A DNA stretch of 64,000 bases from Gemmatales bacterium (GTDB taxonomy: Bacteria; Planctomycetota; Planctomycetia; Gemmatales; HRBIN36): contig JBEPZY010000001.1 in assembly GCA_041640595.1 (NCBI GenBank), positions 864,001 through 928,000 of the forward strand. The letters run 5' to 3'. Below the pieces are notes generated by a model. It had not been told where the DNA came from and did not search any database. It was given only the letters and a program-made list of their open reading frames with translations. Positions 43,444-53,999 of the stretch are shown here, one piece after another (the first letter of the stretch is position 1; each line of letters opens with the position of its first letter). Made by a program: the position numbers and the translations under genes.

Positions 43444-43916
43444 TGAGCACCCATTCCCGATCGACGGGTAGGCTTCTGGGTCTGGATTACGGCGAAGTGC
43501 GGATCGGGCTGGCTATCAGCGATGTGGAACGCCGCGTCGCTTCGCCCATCGGCGTCTATCAACGGCGCTCGACCCACGAAGATGCTGACTATTTTCGCAG
43601 GCTCGTTTACGAGAAAAACGTATCCGCGATCGTGGTCGGCTTACCCCGCCAGACCGGAGGCGAAGAAGGATACGCTGCTGAGGCTGCCCGCCAATTCGGG
43701 CAATGGCTGGCAGAAGTAACAGGCTTGCGCGTGATTTACTGGGACGAGCGATTCACCACGCAGCAGGCGGATCGGCTTATGCGCGAAGCTGGACTGAGCG
43801 GAAAGGCCCGCAAACAGAAACTCGATACCGTTTCGGCTCAAATCCTGCTGCAAGGTTATCTCGACGCCGGCTGCCCTGCCCCGCCCGTCTCGGATACAAC
43901 TACGTCGCAGACGTAA
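43443..43916 (+). CDS. ruvX: YqgF/RuvX family nuclease (pre-16S rRNA maturation)
   Basis: LGLDYGEVRIGLAISD, VVGLP, WDERFTT, D.VSAQILLQ.YLD; TGATG overlap with manC. Confidence 0.93.
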   Translation: MSTHSRSTGRLLGLDYGEVRIGLAISDVERRVASPIGVYQRRSTHEDADYFRRLVYEKNVSAIVVGLPRQTGGEEGYAAEAARQFGQWLAEVTGLRVIYWDERFTTQQADRLMREAGLSGKARKQKLDTVSAQILLQGYLDAGCPAPPVSDTTTSQT

Positions 43917-44050
43917 CCGTCTGTGTCCTTACCTGGCCTGCGCTGCCTTCGATGCTGGCGGGACTGGCTAAGCTTTGGCGGCCGGTGTATTTTTATTATG
44001 GTGATTGGCGTACTCACCTGCTAAGCCCACATGGAAAGCATCGCAATGAC

Positions 44051-44133
<83 letters not shown>

Positions 44134-44191
44134 ATAGTCTGGGCGAATAGACAGACCCGGCCTGGAACGGCGTGAATCGTTTGCCCGGCTT

Positions 44192-44422
44192 TTACGAACT
44201 CGGCGCAGCCGGGGCACGTTCGCTGGCCTGGAATCCGCTGGTACGATGGGAACCGTCGCAGAACGGCTTGTTTTGGGAATGTCCACAGCGACACAAGGCG
44301 ATGGCGGGTTTGCCAGAAGGAAGCGGGAATGGCTTTCCTTCCGCGTCGAGCACCTGCACCGGGCCTTCGACGACATAAGGTCCGTTATCGCGCACACGGA
44401 TAGTTACCACCGCATCAGCCAT
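44192..44422 (-). CDS. CDGSH iron-sulfur (NEET) domain protein
   Basis: NGPY...ALCRCGHSQNKPFCDGSH; GGAGG RBS before ATG 44422 (the ORF track over-extends to 44854). Confidence 0.93.
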   Translation of the reverse strand: MADAVVTIRVRDNGPYVVEGPVQVLDAEGKPFPLPSGKPAIALCRCGHSQNKPFCDGSHRTSGFQASERAPAAPSS

Positions 44423-44732
44423 GACTCTACCTCCATTAGCTGAAGTGCATCTCCCTCGTATCAGCGTGATGCCAGAGCGCTGAATTCGTTTCGTTTCCCC
44501 CCACAATCGTTCGATTTTGCTCCAGATGATGCGCGTTCCGACTCCGATAATTTTTCCATTAGTCGCATCGTGTCCGAAACCTGTTACGCGAGTCGAAATT
44601 GATCTCCTTCGTTCCGCCAGCGTTCCGATGCTACACAATGGTCGGCAGCGGAACAATAGTTGGGGCGACCGGATAGTTGCACTCCGGTAGTCTTTTATTA
44701 TGCAGGGGGCAGGCGAACTCACAAAGGCAGGT

Positions 44733-45524
44733 TCAGAATTTTTGCGAGGCAAACTCTTCTTTTGGATCGTGTGGCACAAAGAGCCACGATATTTGCTGGG
44801 CCAGGTAAACGACGAACGCTCGTCGAAAGCGTTCCGGGGGCAAGTCGGGGTCAACGGATGCCGGCCCGCTGCCGCGAGGAAACTCCACGTGCAAATGTTC
44901 CTTGATCACCAAATCGCTCAGGACATCCTCAGCATCGGGCATGCGCGCCGGTGCTACTGTGACTGTTACGTCTGCCCGAGCCCGGTACAGCGTTCGATTG
45001 GAGCCATTCTCATAGAGCGAAGGATTGTTGAGCTCGACGAAAATGACCAAGTCGGCGCGCAATTGTCGGGCCATTTCGGAAGGTTCGAGGGCCTGCCACT
45101 GGTCGTTGCGATCTTGCCAGCGATGCACCACGCTGGGTGCCAGCACAACCAGGCGTTCCTTCTCCTGTTCGAACCCCTTAGCCAGAGCCTTGGACAGAGC
45201 ATCATCCAGTTCGCGGGCTAAAGGGCCCAGGTGAATTTGCGTCCCTACGTCCGTGTAAGTTACCACTGCGACGCGAAGAGGCTCCTTGCGTGGCTTGTTC
45301 AACTTTTCCCGATAACTGAGCAGATCAACTGGCGGCGGTGGACGCATGTCTTTGCCGAGCATGACTGCCGTGAAGTATATCAACGTCGGCAAGGTACAAC
45401 CGCTCATGACTGTCGAAAAAATGGCCACGCATACAATGCCAGATACACAAACGCGAACCCGACTTTTCCACCCGCCAGTGCCCATTCGCCCCATCATACC
45501 CCGTTCCTCGCTTCCATGCCCCAA
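44733..45524 (-). CDS. Hypothetical lipoprotein
   Basis: Hydrophobic stretch ending MSGC (lipobox-like) and a globular alpha/beta body; the true start is probably a later Met. Confidence 0.6.
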   Translation of the reverse strand: MGHGSEERGMMGRMGTGGWKSRVRVCVSGIVCVAIFSTVMSGCTLPTLIYFTAVMLGKDMRPPPPVDLLSYREKLNKPRKEPLRVAVVTYTDVGTQIHLGPLARELDDALSKALAKGFEQEKERLVVLAPSVVHRWQDRNDQWQALEPSEMARQLRADLVIFVELNNPSLYENGSNRTLYRARADVTVTVAPARMPDAEDVLSDLVIKEHLHVEFPRGSGPASVDPDLPPERFRRAFVVYLAQQISWLFVPHDPKEEFASQKF

Positions 45525-45619
45525 TCCCCAAGGCTTCTCTTTTCCCCGCTTCGTTCACCCGGACGAAAAATATCGCGGTATTTCAGGCCGTCGGCGCGAT
45601 GGTTCGGCGGTGCCCACTG

Positions 45620-46387
45620 TTACCAGGATCCATTGCGGAGGTAAAGCAAGGCACGAATCAGCCAGCACCCCAAGACGAGCCAGAGCATAGTCCAGGCGGC
45701 CAGAGAACTGAGCCAGTGCCAGTCAGGAAGTCCTAGCGTTCGGCCGCTTATCCCCGCGACCGCGAACCAGACTGCCATGGTGACGGCTAGCAATACCATC
45801 ACCGGGCCGGCCGGGTTGACAGCCAGAGCAGCTCGCCAGTCTCCATGCATGAGCAGGCTGAAGCTCGTGGTCAACCCGCAGCTCGGACATGGCCAGCCGG
45901 TCAATCGCTGAAAGCTGCACGGTGGCAATCCTAACTGCTGATGCGTCCCCCAGCGGCGCGGCTGACCATTCTCGTCATAAGGATTCAGGCTGCGGGCTAT
46001 TCCCAGCACGGTACCAATCAGCAGAGCGATAAGTATCAGGCTGATACGTTGCCACCAGGCCAGTTTTTGCTCAGCCTCGACAGGAATCACTACCGGCATG
46101 ACTTCTGCCGAATCGGTGCTTGCTGTAGCTGGGAGCTCGGGTCGGCCTTCGTTTTGTGGTGTCGGTGCGCTGCCAGTAGCTTCCAGGCGTCCGGGGAGCG
46201 CTGCCATTTCGCTGCGAGCCTTATCTACTTCATCACCTGCCTGGTGTGATTCCGCTGCCGGCACACTATCCGTTGCCAGTGGCCGTGCCGGGGCAGCAGG
46301 GATAGCCGTTTCGGCGGCCCGATGGCAATCGGCAAGCTCATCGGGATGGTGCCCTGCCACAGTCTTCGTGTTTGGGTCGCGCACCAT
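45620..46387 (-). CDS. DUF2752-domain membrane protein
   Basis: GTHQQLGLPPCSF..LTGWPCPSCGLTTSF...HG....NP plus TM helices; disordered N-terminus, start uncertain. Confidence 0.8.
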   Translation of the reverse strand: MVRDPNTKTVAGHHPDELADCHRAAETAIPAAPARPLATDSVPAAESHQAGDEVDKARSEMAALPGRLEATGSAPTPQNEGRPELPATASTDSAEVMPVVIPVEAEQKLAWWQRISLILIALLIGTVLGIARSLNPYDENGQPRRWGTHQQLGLPPCSFQRLTGWPCPSCGLTTSFSLLMHGDWRAALAVNPAGPVMVLLAVTMAVWFAVAGISGRTLGLPDWHWLSSLAAWTMLWLVLGCWLIRALLYLRNGSW

Positions 46388-46538
46388 AACGTCCTCGCCA
46401 AGCCACGACAAGACCAGATCGTATGCAGGACGCGAGATTCTTCCAGAATGGCGCCACGTAGCCGTGGCCAGAAACTATGCCAAAACAATCAGCGGCATGC
46501 ACAGGCTGGACGTCGGAATTCAGCACCCTTGGAGCTGC

Positions 46539-49500
46539 CTATGGGCGGAACCGCCGGGTGAATTCCTCGTAAGCGTCGCGCAGCTCAGGAGGTAGAACCG
46601 GCCGGTCACTCGCATCCACGTCAGCGGATTGCCCTTCACGAGTAGCAGCGCGATTCGGACCTATTGCTCGCCGTCTCCCCTGAGACAGTTCCGCCTGCAC
46701 GACCTGGGGCTTATCGCGAAGCAGGCGCTGGAGTTCTTCGGGCGTTTTAACACCCAGGCGCTGCATTAGCTCACGGGTTGGCTTGTCAATTTCGCCTCGC
46801 TCCATTTTCTTCCGCAAACTGTCCAAAGTCAGGTCGCCCGGAGCTTCTGAGAATTCAGGGTTCGGCTTCATAGGTTTCGTGGCCAGCGGGCTGTCCTGCG
46901 CTGGGCCTTGCCGATCTACACCGGAAGTGTTCCCACCGCTGGTCGGCCCTGCCTGGCTCCCCGGCTTGTCTAGCGGCTGCTGAGAGCTGGCATTTCCGCT
47001 GTTACTACCACCTCCCTGGCCGGGCTCGGAACCCTGCCCTGAATCAGGCTTTCCGCCCGACTGCCCACCAGCATTCGCCTGCCCGGATTGACCGCTGCCG
47101 GCTTGTTGACCGCCGGCTTGCTGATTACCCCCACTTTGATTGCCATTTTGCGGCGATTCCCCTGGCTTTTGGCCTGCACTCGCCTCACCAGGCTGGCCCT
47201 GACCAGGTTTTTGTTGCCCACCTGCCTGCTGGTTACCGCCGCTCTGATTGCTCCCGGCCTGTCCAGGTTGACCGGACTGACCCTGACCGGGCTGCTGTTG
47301 GTTACCTGCCTGGCCACTCGAATTGGACTGGCTAGCACCGCTCGAACCACTAGGTTTTTGACCCGATCCCGACTGCCCAGCCTGGGCAGAGTTGCAACCG
47401 TCTCACCCACCTCCAGGTTTCTGCGGGCCACCTGCCTGCGGCGTGTTATTGCCCTGTGGGCGATTCGCCTGCTGTCCGGCGTTCGGCTGGCCCGGTTGGT
47501 TCCCCTGCGGCTTTTGCGGACCGCCTGCCTGGGCATCACCCTGCCCCTGCTCGCCGCCCATCGGCTTATTCGCCTGCTGTCCGGCGTTCGGCTGGCCGGG
47601 CTGATTCCCCTGCGGCTTTTGCGGACCGCCTGCCTGGGCATCACCCTGCCCCTGCTCGCCGCCCATCGGCTTATTCGCCTGCTGTCCCGCATTCGGCTGG
47701 CCGGGCTGGTTCCCCTGCGGCTTTTGCGGACCGCCGGCCTGGGCATCGCCTTGCCCCTGCTCGCCGCCCATCGGCTTATTCGCCTGCTGCCCCGCGTTCG
47801 GTTGGCCCGGTTGGTTCCCCTGCGGCTTTTGCGGACCGCTGGCCTGGGCGCCACCCTGCCCCTGCTCGCCGCCCATCGGCTTATTCGCCTGCTGTCCGGC
47901 GTTCGGTTGGCCGGGCTGGTTCCCCTGCGGCTTTTGCGGACCGCCTGCCTGAGCACCACCCTGCCCCTGTTCGCCGCCCATCGGCTTATTCGCCTGCTGT
48001 CCGGCGTTCGGCTGGCCGGGCTGATTCTGGGCAGGCTTTTGCTGTGCGTTTACATCGCTTCCACCGCCCTGGTTGGTCGTTTGCGGCTTATCTTCGGGCT
48101 TCCCGGCCGCTGAACCGCCAGCTTGATTTCCAGGCCCCGGCTTCTGGGGTTTATCAGAGGACTGCGAACCCGAGACCGTGCCAGGTTCGCTTTTATCAGG
48201 CGAACGGGAGTTTTGACCTGAACCGCGTTGCTCCGGATTACCGGAACCGCTTTTGTCGGGGGATGGCTTTTCCTCGCCGGAGCCGCTCGGCTTAGCCGCG
48301 TTGTCTTCCGGCTTGGAAGCTGGCTTATCTGCGGTCTCAGGCTTATTGTCCGGGCTGGGTTTCTGCTCATTCGCTCCGCGTTCTTGGGCACCTGGCTTGT
48401 CTGGTTTTCCGGGATTCGGTTTTTCCGGCTCAGACGGCGGGCGTTGCGGTTCGGTCAATTCCAGCAACACCTCCCGCGACTTCCCCGTATTCGGCTCCGG
48501 TCGTTTACAGTCCGTACCCTCTACCCACAGAAGCAGCTTCGTTCCCGCAGCCAATCGCACGGGCTCAGCCGGTCCAGGAGACTTCTGACTATCGCTGACG
48601 ACCACCGCCCGAGTCAGGTCAAGAGTAAGTTGGTACGCTGCTGGCACAATAGGCGTAAACCCATTGGGCTTCTGCAACGGGCCTATTTCCGCAGCCTCAT
48701 GAGCGATGCGAAGAAGCCGTTTTTGACCTTCTACCTCTTGCAACACCAACCAGACGAGGTCGGCCGCAAAATCATCGTTCGCCGTACCTATCACGGCCAC
48801 GGTAGCATCTACCGGGAGTTTGACCACCGGCCGGCCAGATTCGTTTGCGTTGGCCGGAGGCAGTTTTTCCTGGCCGACCTGATCCAGCGTAATCACTGGC
48901 CGCTGGTCCTCAATGACGCGGATGTTGAACCATTGCAACGTGCTGTACTGGTTCGACTTGTTCTTGAGCACCACACTGTAACGCTGCCACCCTTGTTTCA
49001 GAGTCAGCCGGTCGGGCAAAAATACCCGATTGGGCTGGTGATTGGGGTCGCTGTCGGGTTTTTGCACCAACTGGAAAACTTCCTGCCGGGGTGGCTGACC
49101 AGATTCCACCGTCAATTCGCCACTAACAATCGGCTGGTCGGCGAACACGGCTATTTCCACCTGGCTTCCGACCAGCGCCTCGATTTCGCCCACGGTTTGC
49201 GTCTTGGCCTCCCGCCGCGTGTACTCAGGGTAGTGAATTGTGATCTCAAACTGCCGCAGCTCCGGAGGATTGGTCAACCGCTCGACCAGGCGATACACTC
49301 GCGATTGCCCATCTCCGCCTGTTACGCGGAAAAACAATCCGCTGGCAGGAACACTACTGGCTCCCAGCTCCAGCTGCCATTCGGTGCGATACTGGTCAAT
49401 CGCCGTCATGGAGCGGCGAACGGGTTGTTCTCCGGGTTGCGTCCAGGTTTCGAGCCAGGCCTCGGGGGGCACCAGACCGTGTACTTTGACGCGAACCGTG

Positions 49501-50216
49501 ACCGGCTGACCACGCCGCACGGGAATTTCCAGAACTTCCTGTTTGTGCGGTTCAACATAAGGCCCGTCTTTCTCCGGCGCCAAGAGCTCAAACCGCGTAT
49601 CTGGCGGGATGGCCGTATCAGTAAACGGCACCAATGCTCTGGCCACCAGCGACAAAAATTGCTCCGGCACGAACAATGCGAACACGCCCATCACAATGAG
49701 CAGAGTCACCAGAACAAAGAACCAGCGCAAACATTGACCCGGCTGTGCAGCTGCCTCCGGATCGGTGTAACGGAAATCCTCCTGGGCTTCTCGCCGCAAC
49801 GCCTCCTTCACTAGATTCGGGATCGGCCGTTCGCGCAAGTCCAGATAAGCTGTTAGCGCATGGCGTGTAACTTGCGCCGATTTCTCCAGACGCCAGGCAG
49901 CATAGAGCAAGCTCACTTTCCGGCCCAGCGGCACAATGAGACGAAACCAGGCAAAAATCCCGCAGCCCACCAAAAACCCCGCGAACAACACCTTCCGTAG
50001 CCAGCCCGGCAACCCCTCTGGTCGCAACGCCTGGTCCGCCAGTGCCACCACCAACACGTAAACTGCGCAGGCCACCGCCAGAATGAAAACCGCGGTCGTG
50101 ATCTCCGTCCAGCGAATGCGCTCTGCGGTGCGTTGCAACTCGCGTAGCAACCGCTCATCTCGGGGTCGGCCAGCAGATGGTTGCTGCCTTTTCGTCAGCC
50201 CCGCGACTGTGCTCAT
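46539..50216 (-). CDS. Large DUF4175-like membrane-anchored protein with an in-frame TGA at codon 938 (47403-47405); candidate selenoprotein (UxxC)
   Basis: Three N-terminal TMs, Ig-like region with YPEYT, Q/G/P/S-rich tail. The frame stays open for 287 codons after the TGA and joins ORF 46539..46871; GAGGAG RBS before ATG 50216. Confidence 0.75.
47373..47389 (-). promoter_or_regulatory. Candidate bacterial SECIS hairpin
   Basis: mRNA CUGCCCA-GGC-UGGGCAG: a perfect 7-bp stem at +14..+30 after the UGA, with a loop starting GG at +21. Confidence 0.6.
47463..48026. repeat. Coding tandem repeat, 105-bp unit (35 aa), 5 full copies plus a 39-bp partial
   Basis: TCGGCTTATTCGCCTGCTG recurs at 47561, 47666, 47771, 47876 and 47981; encodes NQPGQPNAGQQANKPMGGEQGQGxAQAGGPQKPQG. 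Confidence 0.97.
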
Positions 50217-50426
50217 GGCTAGTCTCCTCGGTGGCCTCGCCCGGGCCGGTCCTGCAACAAAATGGTTCTCCCGTTCACCCAACGAACCGCTCTATCGCAG
50301 ATGGAATTCCCCTCCCTCTACTGTTCAATTGTAGCAGAAACGGTCGCGGAAAGGTAGCCTTTTCCACACGCATATCCGACGACGTTCCACCAGTCATTGA
50401 GAAAGTCTTGGCTCGGAAGTTTTCGT

Positions 50427-52604
50427 TTATCGGAGCAATGCAGCGACCAGTCGCTCCAGATTGGCCGATTCCCGAACCAACTCAACACCACTGGCCAGCT
50501 TCAGCCGTTGTAACCGACTCTCCGCCGCCGGGTGGAATAAAACTGTACGGCCCTCGGTGCACAGGGGCACAAATCCGAATAGCCCCCCGTACTTCATCCC
50601 CCCAGGCAGCAACATTTCGTCCTGAACAGACTTCACCAGGTGAAAGTCGAAACCGGCTAAATCAATGGCGCTGCGGGCTACGGCACCATCGGCCAGGCAG
50701 CGAGCCAGTAACGCACACGGGCCCAGCTTGCTGTAAGCGACCAGCCACACTCCCTGTCCATCTTTCTTGAGCTGATGCGCTGCTGCCAGCAGAGTCAGCA
50801 CATCTTGAACACGGCAAGCGAACACGCTCGGATTATAGCCGAAATAATAACCGGCGTAGGTCGGGTTCACGGTCGGCAGTGGGGTAGGTTTGTCGGGCAA
50901 ATGGTACTCACCCGTCAAAAACACGTCCGCACTAATCACAAGCACCCCCGCGTTCAGCAGCTTCTGCACCTCCGGTACGGGCTTGCCTTGCTCATCGAGC
51001 AAACTGGCCTTGCCGTCAGGGTGAATCCAGACGCAAACAGTACCGTTCCAGTTTTTCGGTTCCAAACCCAGTGCGGGCAGCTGTACATCCGGCCGCGCAG
51101 TGCGTGCTATCAGGCCTTTGTGCAGCGTGAAATCCTTTTCTTCATGCTTTTGTAAAGTGCCCTCCACGATCTCAACAACCGATCGGCCCGGTTCATCAGC
51201 GGCGGGGATCGGCCAGCGGTCTTGAACCATGACACGCAGAGCCGTTCCGACTACCTCGCGATAGCGCTTGACATCCTTGCTCAACGCCTCCATCTGCTGG
51301 TCCGAAGTCTCGCTCAAATAGCGACGCAGCGCCGCCGCATCTTTGGCGTTCGATGGTCGTGGATGTTGTTCGTCGAACACGCTAAGCTGCTTAGGCGGGA
51401 TCGGTTGGAATGGCCTTTCGCTGATCGGTTCCGGGAAACCCAGCTGCAAATGGCGATTGAACCAGTGGTACATCATCTCCCGGCTGACCTGATTGTAATT
51501 GTGCGGAAACGGGAAATACTTAGCCAGGACGCGATCCTCAGCCCCGTAAAGCCCGTAGATGCGCCGCAGTTCGGGCAACCCCACCTGCTCAATGTCTTTC
51601 GTCCAATCGTTGGCACCAGTCATGGCCAGCGGTTTGGGGGCAAACAAAGCCGCGACTTCCACGTTGTTAGTACCGATACGCAGCAGCGAAGCGTTTTCGC
51701 ATTCGCAACCGCCCTGCATGTTCATGGATACCATCACTGCCGGGAATGCGACCTGCACCCGGTCATCCACTGCCGACAGAATGAATGTCTGCGTTCCGCC
51801 GCCGCTGGCTCCGGTTACTCCGATGCGTTGGGTGTCCACTTCCGGTGCCAGACTGAACAGAAAATCCAGAGCGCGAATACTGTTCCAGGTTTGCAAACCC
51901 ATTAAACTTTGCAAGCGCAATTGTGTCTCCACCTCCGCCCCTTGCGCAAAGCCGCCCCGATGAGCGATACCCTGAGAATCAGCGTAACCGACCATGTCAT
52001 AATGAAAAACCACACACCCCATCCGTGCCAGCATGGCACAGCGTGCCTGCAACGGATACCGTGCCCCGTTTTCCGTTTTTTCTGCACCACTGGCCAGTTG
52101 CTGTTTAACTTCCGCGTCGCTGGCCTCGTAAAACCGACCATTTCTCCAGTGTCCGTGAGGACAAAGCACGCCGGCAAATCGCTGTCGCACGTTGGGCTTC
52201 GGTTTGGGCCGATACAGGTTCCCGGTTACATAATGCCCTGGCAAACTCTCAAAATATACCTTCCAGACCGTGTATTCGTCGCGGTCAATGGGGCTATGGA
52301 CGACGGCGTTTAACGGCGTTCGTTCCGGCATGGGCCACAATCCCAGCGCCACCAGAATCTGCTCGCGCAATTCCCGAGCACGGATTTCCCAGGCTTCTCG
52401 CGTCTGGGGTACCTGGATGCGAGTCGTGGTGTTATAATCCCGCGGTTTGCCCAGACGGCTATCTTTCGGCAACGTTTTTCCGTCCAGCACTCGCGTGAGC
52501 GCTTTGCCATTCGGGACCTGCACCTGCTGGGTCTGGCCCGAATCAAGAGCCAACGCCAGGACGGCCGAACACGCAACCGCTGTCAGCAAAGCCTGCCGCG
52601 CCAT
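50427..52604 (-). CDS. Secreted alpha/beta-hydrolase, acetylxylan-esterase-like (two-domain)
   Basis: Signal peptide, LCPHGHW, GVTGASGGGTQT nucleophile elbow, MQGGC.CEN, HNYN. Confidence 0.8.
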   Translation of the reverse strand: MARQALLTAVACSAVLALALDSGQTQQVQVPNGKALTRVLDGKTLPKDSRLGKPRDYNTTTRIQVPQTREAWEIRARELREQILVALGLWPMPERTPLNAVVHSPIDRDEYTVWKVYFESLPGHYVTGNLYRPKPKPNVRQRFAGVLCPHGHWRNGRFYEASDAEVKQQLASGAEKTENGARYPLQARCAMLARMGCVVFHYDMVGYADSQGIAHRGGFAQGAEVETQLRLQSLMGLQTWNSIRALDFLFSLAPEVDTQRIGVTGASGGGTQTFILSAVDDRVQVAFPAVMVSMNMQGGCECENASLLRIGTNNVEVAALFAPKPLAMTGANDWTKDIEQVGLPELRRIYGLYGAEDRVLAKYFPFPHNYNQVSREMMYHWFNRHLQLGFPEPISERPFQPIPPKQLSVFDEQHPRPSNAKDAAALRRYLSETSDQQMEALSKDVKRYREVVGTALRVMVQDRWPIPAADEPGRSVVEIVEGTLQKHEEKDFTLHKGLIARTARPDVQLPALGLEPKNWNGTVCVWIHPDGKASLLDEQGKPVPEVQKLLNAGVLVISADVFLTGEYHLPDKPTPLPTVNPTYAGYYFGYNPSVFACRVQDVLTLLAAAHQLKKDGQGVWLVAYSKLGPCALLARCLADGAVARSAIDLAGFDFHLVKSVQDEMLLPGGMKYGGLFGFVPLCTEGRTVLFHPAAESRLQRLKLASGVELVRESANLERLVAALLR

Positions 52605-52747
52605 AATCGTTCTCCTCTGCATTGGCGACATGTTTGCTTTAGCCACTGCTACCACGCTTCGTCAAGGGACTAAGAGACGTTCGCTCTGCGGTTGCTAACA
52701 TAAACAACCGAGCGCACTGCCGTTTTCTCGGACTAAGGAGGCTTCTC

Positions 52748-53929
52748 ATGCCACGCAAAAAACGAGTAGCCGCAGTGGTTACCGAATACCGGCTCAATTC
52801 GCACGCGGATGTTATTGTCGGCAAGATACTCGAAGGATTCGATCACAAGGGCGGCGGGTTTCCGGATTTGGAATTGGTCTCCATGTATGTGGACCAATTT
52901 CCCGACAACGATATGAGCCGGGCGCTGGCGAAAAAGCATGGGTTTCGGTTGTGCCAGACCATTGACGAGGCCCTGACTTTGGGCGGTAACAAACTGGTGG
53001 TGGATGGCGTGCTCCTGATTGGTGAGCACGGCAAATATCCGTTCAACGAAAAGGGGCAGCACCTGTATCCGCGTCGCCGATTTTTTGAAGGCACGATCGC
53101 TGCATTCGACCGCTGCAAGCAGGTGGTACCAGTCTTCAATGACAAACACCTGTCTGCGACCTGGGAAGACGCACACTGGATGTATGAGCAAGCGCGACGG
53201 CGGATGATCCCGTTCCTGGCAGGGTCATCCTTGCCGCTTACCTGGCGCAAACCCCCGTTGACACTCCCGCGAGGTTGCGAAATCGAAGCGGCAGTAGCTC
53301 TGGGTTACGGCCCGTTTGAATCCTACGGATTCCACGCTTTAGAAACGCTGCAATGCATGGTCGAACGCCGTAAGGGTTTCGAGACCGGCGTGCGTGCGGT
53401 GCAATGCCTGACCGGCGAGGCTATTTGGCAGGCCATGGATCGCGGCGAGTGGTCGCAGGAACTGCTCGAGGCAGGCATCGCACTTATTCCCAGTAAAGGC
53501 AAAGGCGACTACCGCAAAGCCGTGGCGGGTAACGGGCAAGGGGGCGTTTTTCTCATTGATTACCGCGACGGTTTGCGTGCCGCCGTGGCTATGCTCAACG
53601 GCTATGTGTACGAAGGTTTTTCCGGAGCCTTCGCGTTTGCCTGTAAACTCCGTGGCCAGGCTAAACCGCTGGCAACGCATTTCTATCTCGAAAACCGGCG
53701 CCCCTTTGGCCATTTCGCCTATCTGGTGAAAGCCATCGAGAGCATGATCCACACCGGTCATCCGCCTTACCCTGTCGAGCGCACCCTTTTGACCACCGGC
53801 ATTCTCGACGCTGTCATGACCAGTCGGTTTGAGAAAAACAAACGCATCGAAACGCCACACCTCGATATTCGCTACACGCCCACCGATTGGCCTTTTGCTC
53901 CGGAACCGGCTCCTGAGCCGCATGATTGA
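52748..53929 (+). CDS. Conserved hypothetical protein, possibly a distant oxidoreductase-like fold
   Basis: AAGGAGG RBS, 393 aa; SHADVI, VDGVLLIGEHG.YP, FNDKHLS, AGSSLP, YGFHALE, PYPVERTLL. Confidence 0.7.
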   Translation: MPRKKRVAAVVTEYRLNSHADVIVGKILEGFDHKGGGFPDLELVSMYVDQFPDNDMSRALAKKHGFRLCQTIDEALTLGGNKLVVDGVLLIGEHGKYPFNEKGQHLYPRRRFFEGTIAAFDRCKQVVPVFNDKHLSATWEDAHWMYEQARRRMIPFLAGSSLPLTWRKPPLTLPRGCEIEAAVALGYGPFESYGFHALETLQCMVERRKGFETGVRAVQCLTGEAIWQAMDRGEWSQELLEAGIALIPSKGKGDYRKAVAGNGQGGVFLIDYRDGLRAAVAMLNGYVYEGFSGAFAFACKLRGQAKPLATHFYLENRRPFGHFAYLVKAIESMIHTGHPPYPVERTLLTTGILDAVMTSRFEKNKRIETPHLDIRYTPTDWPFAPEPAPEPHD

Positions 53930-53999
53930 CACGAAACGCTCGCCGCATGATCCCAGGCAATTCGGCCACAGGCGATAAAATTGCCGGCCGGGCGCTTGG

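Noticed and set aside
47463..48026. CRISPR array
   Set aside because: The units are contiguous 105-bp in-frame coding repeats with no unique spacers.
46970..48295. Repetitive ORFs 46970..47959 (-), 47088..48113 (+) and 47456..48295 (+), or a frameshift explanation for the split gene
   Set aside because: These are alternative-frame readings of the 105-bp repeat. The true continuation is in the same frame across one TGA, so no frameshift is needed.
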